From Candidatus Altiarchaeota archaeon (GTDB taxonomy: Archaea; Altiarchaeota; Altiarchaeia; IMC4; QMZM01), in assembly GCA_038891095.1 (NCBI GenBank), contig JAWAEV010000002.1, forward strand, positions 32,001-96,000: 64,000 nt of DNA, written 5' to 3'. Position 1 is the stretch's first letter. Every line of letters starts with the position of its first letter. Positions 61,076 through 64,000 of this stretch are shown piece by piece. Both the position numbers and the translations under genes were made by a program. The notes under the pieces were generated by a model. It did not search any database and was not told where the DNA came from. It saw only the letters and a program-made list of their open reading frames with translations.

Positions 61076-62167
61076 TTAAATTTTAAACCTCAATAATGCA
61101 GCCTTTCCAGCAAATGTGTTCCATAATTGGAAACCTTCTTCGAAGTCATCTTGTAAAATTTCAACTTCTGCACCAATTGCTTTTGCTTTCTCAAATAGTT
61201 CCTCTATCTCTTTATCTGGCAGGTTTTCAGAGAGCAAAAGATGGGAAACAGCACCAATTTCAAGAGCTTTTTGAATATCATTACCATAGACAACATCATT
61301 ACTACCAGAAACTAATTTTTTTAGAAAATTTTGCATAAGTTCCTTTTGTCTTATCATCTCAACCTCTTTTAAAAGATCTTTTGATTTTTCAATAAGCTCT
61401 CTAATACCTGATTCATCAGTATATGTTATATCTTTCACCCCAATAATTTTCTTTTTTAATTCATGATTTAAGTATGGACCTTCAATAAATGAATCTTTTG
61501 TGCTTGCAGGGCCACCAATTATTATTCCTTTAATTTCATCTTTTAATGGCAGGAACGCTTCATTTGCATAATTACCAATTTTTTCTTTAAACCTGTGAGA
61601 TTCCTCTTCTATAATTCTCTCAAATCTTCTGTGTGATTGACCGCCAGCTCGATGTTTTCCATGATAGTAAGATGTTGCACTCTTTATTATCGTATAATTA
61701 TCTCCTTTCAAAAGTGCAACTGTGCCAGTTTTATTATCAATTGCAATTAAACCATAGACATCCTTAGGTGTGATTAAATCCTCCAATGGCTGAGTTAAAA
61801 AATTTTGATCACATTGATAAATTTTTATCTTTATTGGTTCCGGTGGCTCTAAAGACCATATTCTTATCTCTTGAACTCCCTCTCTCTCAGAAACATTTCC
61901 ACAAAATACAATTAAACCATTTTTTGGGGTTTGTTTAAATAGTCTTAAATGTTGAATTGCTCTTTCAAGGGCATCCATAACATTTTTTCTTGTTGTCTTT
62001 GATTTTATATTACTTGCTGTTCCTTGTTCTTGTAAAAGTTGTGAGATAACATTATTTATATCATAACCTGCAGGAATGTAGATTGATATAAGCTCAGTGT
62101 GTCTACCTTGTTTTTCTTTTAACTCTCTAATGAGTTTCCTAAGAGTATGCCTCTCTTTTGATTCCAT
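61076..62167 (-). CDS. prf1: Peptide chain release factor aRF1
   Basis: TASNIKS, YQCD, GGQS. Confidence 0.96.
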   Translation of the reverse strand: MESKERHTLRKLIRELKEKQGRHTELISIYIPAGYDINNVISQLLQEQGTASNIKSKTTRKNVMDALERAIQHLRLFKQTPKNGLIVFCGNVSEREGVQEIRIWSLEPPEPIKIKIYQCDQNFLTQPLEDLITPKDVYGLIAIDNKTGTVALLKGDNYTIIKSATSYYHGKHRAGGQSHRRFERIIEEESHRFKEKIGNYANEAFLPLKDEIKGIIIGGPASTKDSFIEGPYLNHELKKKIIGVKDITYTDESGIRELIEKSKDLLKEVEMIRQKELMQNFLKKLVSGSNDVVYGNDIQKALEIGAVSHLLLSENLPDKEIEELFEKAKAIGAEVEILQDDFEEGFQLWNTFAGKAALLRFKI

Positions 62168-62181
62168 ATGTGCGATTTTTA

Positions 62182-63042
62182 CTAATCCTTATATAAATTT
62201 TTTTTCTTTATCTCTTTAAAAATTTCCAGAAGATCAAACTCAAATGCTGTTGCTGGTATTTCAATTGAAAATTCCTCAAGAACTTTTGGATTTAACTCCC
62301 CGAAAAAACCAAATTTCAGAGATGCGCATCTACCCTCTATAAAACTACCATGAGAAAATTTTTCAATCTTTAATTTTTCATATTCAATTCCTAAGGAGCT
62401 TAAAAGTCCAAAAGAAATTGCTTTAATCTCAGAAAAATTTGCCTTTGAGTGAGCGATAACAGCAGAAATTTTCCTTAGTGTTTCACCTTTTGATGATATG
62501 CATTCACCTACTTCAAAAATTTTTTGTGGATATTCACGACTCTTATTGTGCTCTAAAATTTTCATAAGAGAAGGTAAAAGCCAATTTCGAGCAACAGAAT
62601 TTTCAGCAGATACTGAATTAGAGGTTTCTGTAACTTCTTGCTCTGGAATATTCATCTTAAGGAATAGTTCTCTTTTATTTGTTAATATTAAAGTTGTAAC
62701 TTCTTGAAAACCTAAGCCAAGCATAACCTCCCTTACATATTTTGAAAAATTTTCGAGCTCATTGGCTGAGCCATAAGTCAAGAGTTTTGGCTCCAAAGGT
62801 TGAAATTTATTATACCCATATGAAATTGCAATGTCTTCGACTAAATCTATTTGGTGTAGAATATCTGCTCTATATGCAGGAATTAACACTTTTAATTTAT
62901 CTTCATTAAGAATTTCTGCACCAAAGCGCATTCTCTCAAGATGTCTTTTTATTTCTTCTGCAGAGAAGTTCATTCCAAGAATTTTATTCACATAGTTTTT
63001 GCTTAGAGAAATTTCCCTTGGCTTTAAATCAGGAGTTTTCAT
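62182..63042 (-). CDS. pheT: Phenylalanine--tRNA ligase beta subunit, C-terminal half only
   Basis: PAYRADILHQIDLVEDIAISYGY (B5), RNWLLPSLM, YPQKIFEVG, SFIEGR, FGELNP; only 286 aa. Confidence 0.88.
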   Translation of the reverse strand: MKTPDLKPREISLSKNYVNKILGMNFSAEEIKRHLERMRFGAEILNEDKLKVLIPAYRADILHQIDLVEDIAISYGYNKFQPLEPKLLTYGSANELENFSKYVREVMLGLGFQEVTTLILTNKRELFLKMNIPEQEVTETSNSVSAENSVARNWLLPSLMKILEHNKSREYPQKIFEVGECISSKGETLRKISAVIAHSKANFSEIKAISFGLLSSLGIEYEKLKIEKFSHGSFIEGRCASLKFGFFGELNPKVLEEFSIEIPATAFEFDLLEIFKEIKKKNLYKD

Positions 63043-64000
63043 ATTTTACCCATAAATTTCCTGAATGCTGGATGCATTTCGCTCATTTGCTCCCTTTGAA
63101 TATCCTCATATAGCCTATATATAATCCCAACAGTCAGCAAAATTCCTGTACCTGAGCCTAATGCCCCAAGAAGATCTGCGCCAAAAGCTAAAAGACCAAC
63201 TGCAAATGAGCTTATTATGGTAATTTGAGGTATATACCTATTTAAAACTTTTTCAACAATTCTTTTATCTCTTCTAAATCCTGGAATTTGCATTCCTGCA
63301 TTTTGAATTTGTTCTGCAATTTGCTCTGCTCCTAAGCCTGTTGTTTCAACCCAAAATTTACCAAATAAAATACAAAGTCCGACAAATATAAAGAAATAGA
63401 TTATTAAATGCAAGAAAATTTCAAAAGTAAAAATTCTCGGAATTTGACCAGAGAAGATATCAGTTAAACTTTCAGGAACGATATTGTTTAAATTTCCTAA
63501 GGTAACATAATATGCAACTGTGTGCATAACTCTTTGAAATGCTGTCATCTCAGCTGTAGATGGGGCATTAATATCAACTCCAACAAAATGTGCAACCATT
63601 GTAACATTTGCTAAAAGTGCAGAAGTTAAAATTACAGGAATATTTGAAACATATAAAAATTTTAGTGGATATCTGCCACCTATGCCACGAATGCCGCCAT
63701 AAGACAAAGGAATTTCTAATCTCATAGCTTCGGCATAGACAACAATAAGGAAGACGACTATTGTTGCTATTATTGGGAAGAGTATCATAATAACTCCTAA
63801 GTCTATATACCCACTAATTATGTACCCAAGGAAAAGAGGAATTCTTCCATAAAATTCACCAGTTTCACTTTTCATAAAGTTAAGTGATGCAGTGATTATA
63901 TGCTGTGCAACACCACCAGCAATAAATAAACTTATTCCAGAGCCAATGCCCCATTTTGAGACTATCTCATCCATATACATAAGAAAAATTGATCCTAAGG
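63039..64000 (-). CDS. secY: Preprotein translocase SecY (5' part outside window)
   Basis: SKWGIGSGISLFIA, YPLKFLYVSNIPVI, QIPGFR, GSGTGILLTV. Confidence 0.96.
   Translation of the reverse strand, partial: LGSIFLMYMDEIVSKWGIGSGISLFIAGGVAQHIITASLNFMKSETGEFYGRIPLFLGYIISGYIDLGVIMILFPIIATIVVFLIVVYAEAMRLEIPLSYGGIRGIGGRYPLKFLYVSNIPVILTSALLANVTMVAHFVGVDINAPSTAEMTAFQRVMHTVAYYVTLGNLNNIVPESLTDIFSGQIPRIFTFEIFLHLIIYFFIFVGLCILFGKFWVETTGLGAEQIAEQIQNAGMQIPGFRRDKRIVEKVLNRYIPQITIISSFAVGLLAFGADLLGALGSGTGILLTVGIIYRLYEDIQREQMSEMHPAFRKFMGKI

Noticed and set aside
3324-62707. Remaining short ORFs nested in or antisense to identified genes
   Set aside because: F/S/I/L-rich shadows of AT-rich coding strands with no independent motifs

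Overview
AT-rich archaeal chromosome segment, mostly housekeeping genes. The H4MPT/methanofuran C1 genes (fae-hps, ftr, citG), separate priL, alpha4-type endA and DPANN-style virB2/prgI/virB4 suggest Altiarchaeota or a relative; this is inference. It holds about 70 CDS, including the L3-to-rnp1 ribosomal cluster, purQ/L/F, pyrEF, argS, class II lysS, feoB-dtxR, ftsZ, PCNA, RPA, aRF1 and a partial secY. The ORF track misses several features: a >786-aa TPR/SNAP-like CDS running off the left edge, rpl39e, a 37-aa membrane peptide, an intron-containing tRNA-Trp, an SRP RNA, a box C/D sRNA and two bPH_2 pseudogenes. Best leads: (1) a 177-aa protein that looks like stand-alone EF-G/TetM domains III-IV with no GTPase; (2) a relaxase-free virB2-prgI-virB4 module whose VirB4 ends in a CoiA-like PD-(D/E)XK domain, with a structured intergenic region and a duplicated 36-bp hairpin; (3) a dispersed REP-like hairpin family, one copy sitting at the tRNA-Trp splice site; (4) an SRP RNA with no helix 6 and a UGGC loop; (5) a PheRS beta subunit missing its editing half. 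All protein calls come from reading motifs by eye; no searches were run.
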